In this document: positions 36,663-46,637 of the stretch, piece after piece | Layout: the number at the start of each line of letters is the position of its first letter | Position numbering within the stretch: the first letter of the stretch is position 1 | Source: a virus | IMG/VR virus record: IMGVR_UViG_3300036715_003363 | Strand: one strand, 5' to 3' | Length of the DNA stretch: 64,000 bases | Made by a program: the position numbers and the translations under genes | The notes under the pieces: model-generated | The model's database searches: none | Seen by the model: only the letters and a program-made list of their open reading frames with translations | Told to the model about the DNA's origin: nothing

Positions 36663-37609
36663 TGTCAACTTTAATCTACGTCTTCATTAATAACAACTTT
36701 AAGGCTACGTCTGAGAGCTTTAAGAGTAGTTATAGTTATAGTGAAATTCCTGATTACTATCTTGACACTCTTAAGTTTAATAGCAAAAAGTTTACAAACA
36801 CATATCTACTTACACAAAAAGAAGAAATTGAAAGACTTAGAACTATCGTTCCGAGTAATGTTGAGCTCATTGATGTCGAAGAAGTCGTATGTACCACTCC
36901 GGAATTTATTGAAGCCCAAAAAATAATTGACACAAAATGGGCAAGATACAAGAACGATACGTTTTGGTACACGACATTTATACGAGTAATTCTTTTAAGC
37001 TTGTTTGTAAAGGTAAAAGGATGTACAAACAATATTCATGTCGAAGCTGATAATATTATTTATGAAAACGACTTTACTCAGATCAACAATCTTTTTGGTA
37101 GCGGTGAATTTGGATTTACGAGCGAAGCACCAAATTCATCCGCGCCATCTTTAATATATCTTAAAGACGAAAAATCTGGAGAGAATCTTTTTAATCTTCA
37201 TTTAAAGCTCCTTAAAAAAGGAGACGATGTGCTTGCTCCTTATGTAGGACACTTTGGAACATGGATTACAGATATGGCTTTTCTCGATCTAATTCGAATT
37301 AAAGGAGACAATTTTAAAATGCTCCCATGTCTTCCATCCGGGCCTTTTTCTGAAAATTTTGATAAGCTTCATGCAGTATTTGATCCAACTTCATACGGAC
37401 AATATATCAGCGGAACAAATAATGGACATGATGAAGGGTACCATGAAGCAAGACATTATGTTGGCAACGAAATTGTAAAAGGAACACTAACAATTAATTC
37501 AAGCCCTATTCCGAGTATCAGATTTAACGATATTCCTTATCCGATCTTTAATTTACACGTTCATAATAAGAAAAAAATAAAGGAACTAATACGCAATGCT
37601 GGACAATAG
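36662..37609 (+). CDS. Glycosyltransferase-like hypothetical protein
   Basis: IHVEADN, DMAFL, FD..SYGQY..G, NLHVH. Confidence 0.6.
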   Translation: MSTLIYVFINNNFKATSESFKSSYSYSEIPDYYLDTLKFNSKKFTNTYLLTQKEEIERLRTIVPSNVELIDVEEVVCTTPEFIEAQKIIDTKWARYKNDTFWYTTFIRVILLSLFVKVKGCTNNIHVEADNIIYENDFTQINNLFGSGEFGFTSEAPNSSAPSLIYLKDEKSGENLFNLHLKLLKKGDDVLAPYVGHFGTWITDMAFLDLIRIKGDNFKMLPCLPSGPFSENFDKLHAVFDPTSYGQYISGTNNGHDEGYHEARHYVGNEIVKGTLTINSSPIPSIRFNDIPYPIFNLHVHNKKKIKELIRNAGQ

Positions 37610-38399
37610 TTTCATAATTACTCCAGACCGATTTCAAGAGCTTGCAACAAATCTTATTGCTCGTCACGAAACAAAACTCACGTTTAATCCGAGTGATAAC
37701 ATAATATTTCTTCACGGAGATAATATGAGATTATTCATGACAGACGTCCTTCCGAAAATTACATACAAGTTTATTCTCATCACTCATGATGCAGACGCTC
37801 CAGTTACAGAAGACTATTTAGATATTTTAAACAATCAATATTTAGTAAAATGGTTTGGAATGAACTGTCACATTCTTCACGATAAGCTCTTTCCAATTCC
37901 AATTGGAATGGCAAACGAGATCTGGCCTCACGGAAATAAAGAAGTAATGACGAGGATTATCAGTGAAAGAAATATAAAAACAAACCTAGTATATTGTAAT
38001 TTTGCTATTAGTACAAACGCAACTGAAAGATATTCCGCATATCAAGAACTTCAAAGTAAATACTTTATTGACTTTGAAACTCAAAAACTAACTTTTGAGG
38101 AATATGTTCGAAAGTTGAGCACATATAAGTATGTAATTTCTCCTCCAGGCAACAGTGTTGATTGTCATCGCATTTGGGAATCAATGTATGTTTACACAAT
38201 TCCAATATGCAAAAAAAGTATTCCTCTCGTGTCATTTAAAGACTGCCCAATAATGTTTATCAATAGCTGGAGAGAAGTTACATCTGAATATCTGGAAGAA
38301 AAATATGATACAATAATTGCAAAAGATTCAACAAAGTCAGATTTTAATTATTATAAGAACGTAATACTCGAACTTGCAAGCTCTATTAACAATATATAA
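37596..38399 (+). CDS. Exostosin/GT47-like protein
   Basis: LITHDAD, PIPIG, YKYVISPPGNSVDCHRIWES. Confidence 0.8.
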   Translation: MLDNSFIITPDRFQELATNLIARHETKLTFNPSDNIIFLHGDNMRLFMTDVLPKITYKFILITHDADAPVTEDYLDILNNQYLVKWFGMNCHILHDKLFPIPIGMANEIWPHGNKEVMTRIISERNIKTNLVYCNFAISTNATERYSAYQELQSKYFIDFETQKLTFEEYVRKLSTYKYVISPPGNSVDCHRIWESMYVYTIPICKKSIPLVSFKDCPIMFINSWREVTSEYLEEKYDTIIAKDSTKSDFNYYKNVILELASSINNI

Positions 38400-38408
38400 T
38401 TAGAACAC

Positions 38409-39218
38409 ATGAAGAAAGTATTTTTATCAATGCCATTATATAATGACTGGAAGTATCAGGCCTTTAGGGAGTATATGACCCCACAAAATAAAAAGTATTG
38501 TGAGATTCATGGATACGAATATCTCGAAACACCAAGAGAGGTTAATGTTACTCAAGTGTTTAATAACATACATGAAAGAGACAATATTATGTTTTTTAGA
38601 TGGAAAGTTCTTAAAGATGTTGTTGATGCAGGACACCTAAAAGATGGGGATATTGTAAATATGTTTGATTGCGATGTGTTTATCGTTCAACCAGAAAAAT
38701 TATTTGAAACTAAAAAGAGCTTTACATACGCAATCGATTCTGGCAACACTCATTGCATGGGAATTTTTTCATTAAAAGTAAATGAGTTTACAAGAAAACT
38801 TATTAATGCAATTGTCAGTCAGGAAAGATATGATGCACTTAAAGATTTTTTAGTGTATAAGGAAGATGTAAAACAGAATGTTCCTTTCTATGCATGCGAC
38901 CAGCATGCATTTTATCATGTTATTGGAGCAAAGCCTCACAGCTGGGTGTCTTTTCTTGATATGCCAGATTACGGATGGCATTCAAATAGAACAGAGCATA
39001 CTCTCTTTACATTAAAAGAACTTCATGAAAATATTGATGTGCTTGGACCTGAGTGGAATACAACACACCTTTTAGAAGAAACTGGTGACAACGGAAAGAG
39101 AAACTACTACGATATCGTGCACACAACAAAAGACAAAGTTATTAACAGACACTTTGCTGGCGGCCAGCCATGGCTCTGTAAGGAGTGGAAGGAGTACAGT
39201 AAAATGTATGAAAATTGA
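38409..39218 (+). CDS. GT34-like glycosyltransferase
   Basis: YC..HGYEY, FDCD, CDQ.AF, WN, RHFAG. Confidence 0.65.
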   Translation: MKKVFLSMPLYNDWKYQAFREYMTPQNKKYCEIHGYEYLETPREVNVTQVFNNIHERDNIMFFRWKVLKDVVDAGHLKDGDIVNMFDCDVFIVQPEKLFETKKSFTYAIDSGNTHCMGIFSLKVNEFTRKLINAIVSQERYDALKDFLVYKEDVKQNVPFYACDQHAFYHVIGAKPHSWVSFLDMPDYGWHSNRTEHTLFTLKELHENIDVLGPEWNTTHLLEETGDNGKRNYYDIVHTTKDKVINRHFAGGQPWLCKEWKEYSKMYEN

Positions 39219-39909
39219 TAAAATTTATATTATCCATTATTATAAAGAAAAAGAGCGAAGAGAGTACATTGAAAATTATCTCACGAATAGAGCAACTCCT
39301 TTTGAATTTAGATCTCTCTACAATAGAGATAGTGTAGAAGTATATAACGAGGAGTACTTCGATCAATCTGAAGAAAATAAAGAAAGAAGAAACAGAGTTA
39401 TTGCAGTTCATGGCAAGGTCATGGAAACAGGAATGCCTCTTGAGTGGGGCGAAAGATCTAGAGCTTATAGGGCATGCACTCTTGAACACTTTAAAACATA
39501 CGAGCATATACTGCTTAATACAAACTATAATAATATACTCATTCTTGAAGATGATGCAATGTTTAAAGATGACTTTGATGATGGAATACAAAAGATATTA
39601 GAAGCGCTTACTGATACATACGATGTCTGCTATATTGGATCCGGATGCGATATGCACCTTCCATACGCCACTGATAAAGTCGTAGATCTACATTATCAAT
39701 ATTATAGCCGATGCAGCGATTCATATATCATTAGTAGAAAGGCTCTTCAAAAAATAGTTGATACAGCTCTTCCGTTCTTCTCTGCAATTGACTGGGAGCT
39801 AAATTATTTACAGGCGCTTAACGAACTAAACGTGTATTGGGCAACGTCGCCTATAACATATCAAGGATCACAACACGGAAAATATAACAGCACATTTAAC
39901 ATTATATGA
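39208..39909 (+). CDS. GT25-like glycosyltransferase
   Basis: IYIIH...ERR, ACTLEH, LILEDD, Y.ISRK...K, IDW.LN. Confidence 0.85.
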   Translation: MKIDKIYIIHYYKEKERREYIENYLTNRATPFEFRSLYNRDSVEVYNEEYFDQSEENKERRNRVIAVHGKVMETGMPLEWGERSRAYRACTLEHFKTYEHILLNTNYNNILILEDDAMFKDDFDDGIQKILEALTDTYDVCYIGSGCDMHLPYATDKVVDLHYQYYSRCSDSYIISRKALQKIVDTALPFFSAIDWELNYLQALNELNVYWATSPITYQGSQHGKYNSTFNII

Positions 39910-40823
39910 GAAAAATTCTATTCTTTAACAACTATCATATTGGTGATGTATTTTTACCTGTAAGCTTTATCAAGAATATTGTTGCGAGCAATCCAGATGT
40001 AGATTTTTATTATTGGTGTCACGAAGGACACAACTTTTTTAAAGATATTAATATTAAGTTTGCAGTAGATATAACTCACGACATATTGAAACCAGTTGAA
40101 GAAATTGTTGAGTCACGTCACGAAGACTACGAATTAATCAATACATGGATTGTAGGATTCTGGAAAGACAAAAAGTATAAAGATATTCCAGTGCAGGAAT
40201 GCGATTTGTGGTATCTTTACGAAGATTTTAAGCGCGTCTGTGAACTAAACAATTTAAATTTTACTCTTAATAAAAAAGATTTATTTTTTACAATGCCAAA
40301 AGTAGATTTACGAGACGTTTTACCTTGGTTTTTTGCAAATAAAAACAAGAAAAAAATATTTTATTTTAATTACCTTGCAAGAAGCTGTCAGCCTCAAGCA
40401 ATTGAGAGTATGTCAGATCATGAAAACGTAATTAACTCTCTTGCTAATCACTACCCAGATAGAATCGTAATTGTTCCTGACGGAATATCATCACCTCTCC
40501 CAAACGTAATTAACTGTCAAGAAGCATTTGGAATAACACGCTCACCAAGCTCTGAGCATTTAATTAAACTTCATGCAATATCTAATATGTGCAATCACGT
40601 TGTGTACTTTGATACTGGCGGATGCTTTTTGTTTATGAATGAAGAGTCTCTCAATACCCCTAATACAAAAATTCTCTTAACAAGAGAGCCTAGCGTTAAG
40701 TACGGTATTGAGCTAAATAAGACGTCTATGCTTGTAAATAATAGAAATTGTATGGAGCTGGTAAACTGTATGGGCGCTCAACAATCATTTGAAAGTATAA
40801 TCAATATTATATCTAATGAGTAA
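39906..40823 (+). CDS. Hypothetical, GT-B-like island protein
   Basis: FFNNYHIGD, DTGG. Confidence 0.55.
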   Translation: MRKILFFNNYHIGDVFLPVSFIKNIVASNPDVDFYYWCHEGHNFFKDINIKFAVDITHDILKPVEEIVESRHEDYELINTWIVGFWKDKKYKDIPVQECDLWYLYEDFKRVCELNNLNFTLNKKDLFFTMPKVDLRDVLPWFFANKNKKKIFYFNYLARSCQPQAIESMSDHENVINSLANHYPDRIVIVPDGISSPLPNVINCQEAFGITRSPSSEHLIKLHAISNMCNHVVYFDTGGCFLFMNEESLNTPNTKILLTREPSVKYGIELNKTSMLVNNRNCMELVNCMGAQQSFESIINIISNE

Positions 40824-41802
40824 AAGAGCACTAGTTACAGGCATTAACGGAATGGATGGAAGCCATTTAGCTGATTTTCTTCTTGAAAAAAATTACGAAG
40901 TTTTTGGAATGGAGAGAAAAAAAGACACAGAGGACAGATTAAACACATCTCATCTTGTTGGTAAAGTTACATTTCTTAAAGGAGATCTTGCTGATAAAGA
41001 TTCACTTGTAAAATGTATTAGAGACTCAAAACCAGACGAAGTATATAATCTCGCATCACGATCACTAGTTGAAGACAGTTGGGACACTCCGGAAAATATT
41101 GCTAATACTACAGGAGTTGGAGTATTAAGAATGTTAGAAGCAATAAAAGAATATGGCTCCGATAATATAAGATTTTATCAGGCATCATCATCTGAGATAT
41201 TTGGCAGGATGGTTGAAGATCCCTCAACAGAAACATCTCCCTTTTATCCAAGATCTCCGTATGGAGTTGCAAAGCAATACGGCCACTGGATATGTAGAAA
41301 TTATAGAGAGTCTTATGGAATGTTTAATTGTAGCGGAATTCTTTTTAATCACGAAAGTGAAAGAAGAGGTAAGCAGTTTGTCACAAGAAAAATAACTCAC
41401 GGCATTGCCAAGATATATTTAGGGCTTAATAAAACTTTAGCTCTAGGTAATCTCGAATCAATTAGAGATTGGGGATACGCTCCAGACTATGTTGAAGGAA
41501 TGTGGTCAATGTTACAACAATCAGAGCCAGATGATTATGTTCTTGCAACGGGAGTGTATAATAGCATTAGACATCTACTGGATATTGCTTTTAATCAAAT
41601 CGGAATTACTGACTGGAAAGACTATGTTATCAAGGATGAAAAATTCTCTAGGCCAGCAGAAGTCGATGTACTGAGAGGTGATGCATCAAACGCTCTCAAT
41701 AAATTAGGATGGGCACCAAAAACATCATTTGAAGAAATGATAAGAAGAATGGTTCAAAATGATATCAAACTTCTTGAACGCGAAATACTTGTAAATAAAT
41801 GA
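40816..41802 (+). CDS. gmd: GDP-mannose 4,6-dehydratase
   Basis: ALVTGINGMDG, YQASSSE.FG, FYPRSPYGVAK, GILFNHES.RRG..FVTRKI, RDWG.A.DYV. Confidence 0.93.
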   Translation: MSKRALVTGINGMDGSHLADFLLEKNYEVFGMERKKDTEDRLNTSHLVGKVTFLKGDLADKDSLVKCIRDSKPDEVYNLASRSLVEDSWDTPENIANTTGVGVLRMLEAIKEYGSDNIRFYQASSSEIFGRMVEDPSTETSPFYPRSPYGVAKQYGHWICRNYRESYGMFNCSGILFNHESERRGKQFVTRKITHGIAKIYLGLNKTLALGNLESIRDWGYAPDYVEGMWSMLQQSEPDDYVLATGVYNSIRHLLDIAFNQIGITDWKDYVIKDEKFSRPAEVDVLRGDASNALNKLGWAPKTSFEEMIRRMVQNDIKLLEREILVNK

Positions 41803-42707
41803 AAAAAGTGCTATTTGTAAATAGTAGTGTTAAAGAATGTGGCGTATATCAATACGGTCTCCGCCTCGGAAATATAATTACACGCTCAACAGAACATGAA
41901 GTTAGATACGCTGAAGTTTTTGATCTTGAAGGTTTTAGGTCTCTTGATATTAGTGATATTGATGTAATACTCTTTAACTACATTGAAGTTGGTCCAGGCG
42001 GCCCGTTTGGATGGGTTGAGCCCGGATTATGCAATGAATTAAAACAAAAATATAAAATAGGAACAATACTACACACTGCATGGCAGGGAGTTGAATTTGA
42101 TTTTAAAATTGATCAAGACCCGGATGGTCCTTTAGGTATTCCGAGACCACTGCCTCTATGCAGCGAGCTAAGTACTACCGTTAATGATATTGTAACAGTT
42201 GGAAGTTTTGGTTTTCAGGGAGACAGAAAAGGATTTGAAGATATATTGACTGTAGTAAGTGACCAATTTGAGCAAGCAAATATTAATCTACATATTACAA
42301 GTAACTTTTACGGAGATTCAACAGCTTCATGTAGAGATCTTCAAGTACAAAATATTAGAAATATTTCTCTTAAAGAAGGCATTAAGCTAACAGTTACAAC
42401 AGAGTTTATTAATGATAATGAAACAATAAATTTCTTATCAAAAAATGACATTAATCTTTTTCCGTATAAGGGCGGAGAAGATATTTCATCAGTAATCGAT
42501 TATGCAATTGCATCATGTAAGCCGTTTGGAGTAACAACTGCAAGATGCTTTAGGCATGTATATGATAAAAATATTGATATAAAAGAGACGAGCATAAAAG
42601 ATATGATTGAGTTTAGCAATTCAACAAATTATGTTCAAAATATAAAAAAATCTTGGTCACCTGAAAAGCTAATTGAGACATTCAACATAATAATAAACAA
42701 CATATAA
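41799..42707 (+). CDS. GT4-like glycosyltransferase
   Basis: CGVYQYG, GSFGF...KG, FPY, SSVIDYA. Confidence 0.65.
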   Translation: MKKVLFVNSSVKECGVYQYGLRLGNIITRSTEHEVRYAEVFDLEGFRSLDISDIDVILFNYIEVGPGGPFGWVEPGLCNELKQKYKIGTILHTAWQGVEFDFKIDQDPDGPLGIPRPLPLCSELSTTVNDIVTVGSFGFQGDRKGFEDILTVVSDQFEQANINLHITSNFYGDSTASCRDLQVQNIRNISLKEGIKLTVTTEFINDNETINFLSKNDINLFPYKGGEDISSVIDYAIASCKPFGVTTARCFRHVYDKNIDIKETSIKDMIEFSNSTNYVQNIKKSWSPEKLIETFNIIINNI

Positions 42708-43312
42708 TGCACTCACAGATTCTTCAAGATGAATTCGTTCATAAACTAATAGGCGACAGCGGCTTCTTTGTAGACATTGGAGCAGGTTGGGTAGAGCCTC
42801 AACTTAACAGCAATTCACTGCTACTTGAGGAAAAGGGATGGAGTGGGATATGCATTGATGGCGATAAACAGTCGGCAGAAAACAGAAAAAATAAAGCTAT
42901 AAGAGCAAATGTATTAAATGTAATGATTCCTGATACTACAATTATTAGCATACTAAAAGATTATAATGCTCCAAGTATTATTGACTATGTGTCAATTGAT
43001 ATCGAGCCATCTTCTCTGACAGGTCTTATTAATTTTCCTCTTGATGAATATGAGTTTAAAGTTTTAACATTTGAGCACGACAGTTATAGAACTGGACTAA
43101 ACGATAAGAACACTTCACACGAAATTTTAAAATCAAAAGGATATATCTGCCTATGTGAAGATTTATGCGTTCCTCGCGAATTCAGTCTGACAGGATACTT
43201 TGAAGATTGGTGGGTAAATCCAAAATACTTTAATCCTGAGTATATTAATGTAAACACATTTCACGGAGTCACTGGCCAGTTCGTAGTAGAAAATATCAAA
43301 TCACCTATTTAA
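42707..43312 (+). CDS. FkbM-like SAM methyltransferase
   Basis: FFVDIGAG, W.GICID, DYVSIDIE, TFEHD, EDWWV. Confidence 0.85.
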   Translation: MHSQILQDEFVHKLIGDSGFFVDIGAGWVEPQLNSNSLLLEEKGWSGICIDGDKQSAENRKNKAIRANVLNVMIPDTTIISILKDYNAPSIIDYVSIDIEPSSLTGLINFPLDEYEFKVLTFEHDSYRTGLNDKNTSHEILKSKGYICLCEDLCVPREFSLTGYFEDWWVNPKYFNPEYINVNTFHGVTGQFVVENIKSPI

Positions 43313-43319
43313 ATACCTC

Positions 43320-44540
43320 ATGGAAATAGTCACAAGCCTCGGTAAACATTTTATTTCTGATTTCATTAGTGAGTCTGATGTCACAAAGAGAGAAAAATAC
43401 AGATTGGATCTTTTTATAGATCAGACATTTGGTGCTGTTAAACTTACAGAAATTGCTCCTGCAGATAAAATGTGGGGAAAATACTGGTACCGCTCCGGAA
43501 TAAATGCAACAATGACAAGAGAGCTTGGCAGCATTGTCGATGAAATTGCAAGTAGAGTAGAATCATCTCCGGGAGATATCTGGTTAGATATTGCATGCAA
43601 TGACGGAACACTCCTAAAACAAGTCCCGAATAAATTTAATAGGATCGGAATTGATCCAGCAGAAGATTCTTTTTTTGAAGAGTCATCAAAAGTTGCAACC
43701 GTGGTACAGGATTATTTTAATTATGACTCATATAAGAGAACAGGATTCGGAGACAGAAAAGCAAAAATCATAACAACAATTGCAATGTTTTATGATCTTG
43801 ATGATCCGCATTCGTTTATTATTGACATTAATAAAGTACTTGATGATAACGGCGTCTGGGTACTACAGATGTCATATACTCCTCTAATGATTAAGCAGCT
43901 CGCATTTGATAATATTTGCCACGAGCATGCATATTACTATTCATTAAAAACATTTAAATCTCTTGTTGAAATGCACGGAATGAAGATTGTTGATTGCTCA
44001 TTAAACGATGTTAACGGAGGAAGCTTTAGAGTTTACGTGCAAAAAGAAACTGCTAAAATAGATTCTTTTGCGACAAGTCCTCTCAGAGATGTTTGTAATT
44101 TTAGAATTGATTCATTAATCAATTTTGAAGAGCAACACTATGATATTAGTAAAAAGGAAGTGTGGCATAAATTCAGCAAAGATATCGATGAGCTTAAAAG
44201 AGTAACAACAAACTTTATTAAAAAAGAAAAAGCTGCCGGAAAGATAATCTGTGGGTATGGAGCATCAACAAAAGGTAATACACTCCTTCAATACTTTGAA
44301 TTGGATAATACTCTTATTGATGCCATTGCTGAAAGAAGTCCGTATAAGTTTGGTCTTAAAACGGTTAGCACAAACATTCCAATTAAGTCAGAAGAAGAAG
44401 TCCGATTAATGAAGCCAGACTATATGCTTGTTCTTCCTTGGCATTTTATAAATGAATTTGTAAAAAGAGAGGACGAGTTTCTTTCAAACGGTGGAAAATT
44501 TATCGTACCTTGCCCGAGATTCGAAATAATTGGTAAATAA
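43320..44540 (+). CDS. NDP-sugar C-methyltransferase
   Basis: YWYRSG.N.TM, LDIACNDG.LL, MFYDL, CHEH..YY, GYGA..KGNTLLQ, VLPWHF..E, FI.PCP. Confidence 0.88.
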   Translation: MEIVTSLGKHFISDFISESDVTKREKYRLDLFIDQTFGAVKLTEIAPADKMWGKYWYRSGINATMTRELGSIVDEIASRVESSPGDIWLDIACNDGTLLKQVPNKFNRIGIDPAEDSFFEESSKVATVVQDYFNYDSYKRTGFGDRKAKIITTIAMFYDLDDPHSFIIDINKVLDDNGVWVLQMSYTPLMIKQLAFDNICHEHAYYYSLKTFKSLVEMHGMKIVDCSLNDVNGGSFRVYVQKETAKIDSFATSPLRDVCNFRIDSLINFEEQHYDISKKEVWHKFSKDIDELKRVTTNFIKKEKAAGKIICGYGASTKGNTLLQYFELDNTLIDAIAERSPYKFGLKTVSTNIPIKSEEEVRLMKPDYMLVLPWHFINEFVKREDEFLSNGGKFIVPCPRFEIIGK

Positions 44541-44792
44541 ATGGACACAATAGGAAATCTAATCGACAAGCTGACTATTACAAACATTCGCATTTGGATG
44601 GCTGAAGATAAAAAAAGAGATTCAAATGCGACAGATAAACAGATTGCAGATGCGACGAGGGTTACTAACGTTGCAAATTCTTTTAGAACAGATCTTATTC
44701 AGGAAATTGATGAAAGTTTAAACGCAATGGTTGAGACAGGAAAGCTTCAAAAGTTATATAAGCAAGGCTCAACTAAAATGTACGGTAAGTAA
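44541..44792 (+). CDS. DUF4254-like small protein
   Basis: T.G.LIDKL.I.NIRIW..ED....N..R..LI.EID. Confidence 0.65.
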   Translation: MDTIGNLIDKLTITNIRIWMAEDKKRDSNATDKQIADATRVTNVANSFRTDLIQEIDESLNAMVETGKLQKLYKQGSTKMYGK

Positions 44793-44800
44793 GTAATGTA

Positions 44801-44828
44801 TTGAAAAATAAATTAATGGTACTATACT
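44801..44828 (+). promoter_or_regulatory. Sigma70-like promoter, leaderless (GTG at 44835)
   Basis: TTGAAA-N16-TATACT-N6-GTG. Confidence 0.65.
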
Positions 44829-44834
44829 TATATA

Positions 44835-46637
44835 GTGCGCCACATTCAGTTTAAAAGTATCTCTGTAAAGAACTTCCTTTCAATCGGTAGAAACCCGGTT
44901 ATTGTTGATTTTAAGCAAGGCGTAAATCTCATAACCGGCCTTAATCACGATAAGGAAGATTCAAAAAATGGTGTTGGTAAGAGCTCAGTACTTGATGGTT
45001 TATACTTTGCTCTTTTCGGTTCAACGATTAGAGACATTAGTAAAGATCTCATTGTAAACTCAACTAATAAAGAAAAGTGCGAAGTTATTCTTAATCTACA
45101 AATTACATGTAGCAGCGGCACAAACACATATGTAATTACAAGAACTATTCAGCCAAATAAGTGTACAATTACAAAAGATGGAGTTGATGTTACAAGGTCA
45201 ACATTACCAAAAACCAACGAATATATTCAACAACTAATAAATTCTACAGGTAAAATTTTTCAAAATTCAGTTGTAATGTCAATTAATAGTACTGTTCCTT
45301 TTATGGCTCAGACAAAAGTTGATAAAAGAAAGTTTATTGAGAGTGTCTTAAAGCTTGAAGTATTTTCAGAAATGCTTGTAAAAGTCAGAGAGGAGCATAG
45401 TGAACTAAAAAGAGATTATGAAGTAATGTATGCAAGGCTTCAATCTACAGAAAAGAGCCTACAGACTAATAAGCAACAGTTAGATTTATTTGAAATTACA
45501 AAGCAGTCAAGAATTGCTGACAGCGATAGAAGAATACAAGATGCTCAAAAAAATATTGAAGCACTACGAAAACAAATTGTGTCAATTCCGAGTGACATTG
45601 AAACAAAAATTCACGAAAAAGAGCTTGAATTAGATACAGAGCTTGACAATGCAGAAGACAAATATAACAAGATAAATTCAGATGTAATTGGATTAAATGC
45701 TGAGTTAAATTTAGTTAACTCGGAAATTAAAGATATTGAAAAAGTTGGCGCAGTTTGTAATTCTTGCAAAAGACCATACCCTGAAAATGACACAAAACAC
45801 AGAGAAGAAAGTAAAAAAACACTTCAATTAAAACACAATAAAATTAATACAAAGTTGCTAACACTTAGAAAAACTCTTGAGGAAGCACTAAAAAATAGAA
45901 ACGACGTAAAAGATAAAATTAAAAAGCTTTCATCTAAAAAAGAAGGTATTGTTGTGTATATGGAGAAGAACAGAGACTCAACAAATAAGATCAGCTTTAT
46001 TCAAGTAAACATTAAACAGCACGAAGATGATAAAACAAAAATTGCAGCTGAATGTAATAGTCTTCTCGAAAAAACCGTTACAGATCTAACAGGAGATTTT
46101 ACAACCCAATCAGAATCATTGAATACAATTGACAGTAAATTAAGTGTTCTTGAATGTGTTAAATTTGTTGTTTCTGAAGAAGGTGTTAAATCATATATTG
46201 TTAAAAAGATTTTAAAAATTCTAAACACAAGACTTGCGTACTATCTTGATGAGCTTCAAGCAAATTGCATATGCCAGTTTGACGAATTTTTCGATGAAAA
46301 AATTACAGATGAAAAAAATGAAGAAAAGTCATACTTTAATTTTTCAGGCGGTGAAAGAAAAAGAATCGATCTTGCATGTCTGTTTGCATTTCTAGATATA
46401 AGAAGAATGCAGGGCGATATTAATTTTAGTACAATTTTTTACGATGAGCTTTTAGATTCATCTCTTGATGATAAGGGAGTTGAGCTCGTAGTGAAAGTAC
46501 TTCGTGAAAGACAAATAAAACATAATGAAAGCTGTTATATTATTACTCACAGAAGTAACGCTCTAAATAGTAAGGTTGACAGCACCTTAACACTGGAAAA
46601 ACGAAACGGATTTACTTACATATTGAGTAATGAGTAA
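44835..46637 (+). CDS. Rad50/SbcC-like ATPase (T4 gp46-like)
   Basis: NGVGKS, CNSC hook, FSGGE, YDELLDSSLD, ITH. Confidence 0.95.
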   Translation: MRHIQFKSISVKNFLSIGRNPVIVDFKQGVNLITGLNHDKEDSKNGVGKSSVLDGLYFALFGSTIRDISKDLIVNSTNKEKCEVILNLQITCSSGTNTYVITRTIQPNKCTITKDGVDVTRSTLPKTNEYIQQLINSTGKIFQNSVVMSINSTVPFMAQTKVDKRKFIESVLKLEVFSEMLVKVREEHSELKRDYEVMYARLQSTEKSLQTNKQQLDLFEITKQSRIADSDRRIQDAQKNIEALRKQIVSIPSDIETKIHEKELELDTELDNAEDKYNKINSDVIGLNAELNLVNSEIKDIEKVGAVCNSCKRPYPENDTKHREESKKTLQLKHNKINTKLLTLRKTLEEALKNRNDVKDKIKKLSSKKEGIVVYMEKNRDSTNKISFIQVNIKQHEDDKTKIAAECNSLLEKTVTDLTGDFTTQSESLNTIDSKLSVLECVKFVVSEEGVKSYIVKKILKILNTRLAYYLDELQANCICQFDEFFDEKITDEKNEEKSYFNFSGGERKRIDLACLFAFLDIRRMQGDINFSTIFYDELLDSSLDDKGVELVVKVLRERQIKHNESCYIITHRSNALNSKVDSTLTLEKRNGFTYILSNE

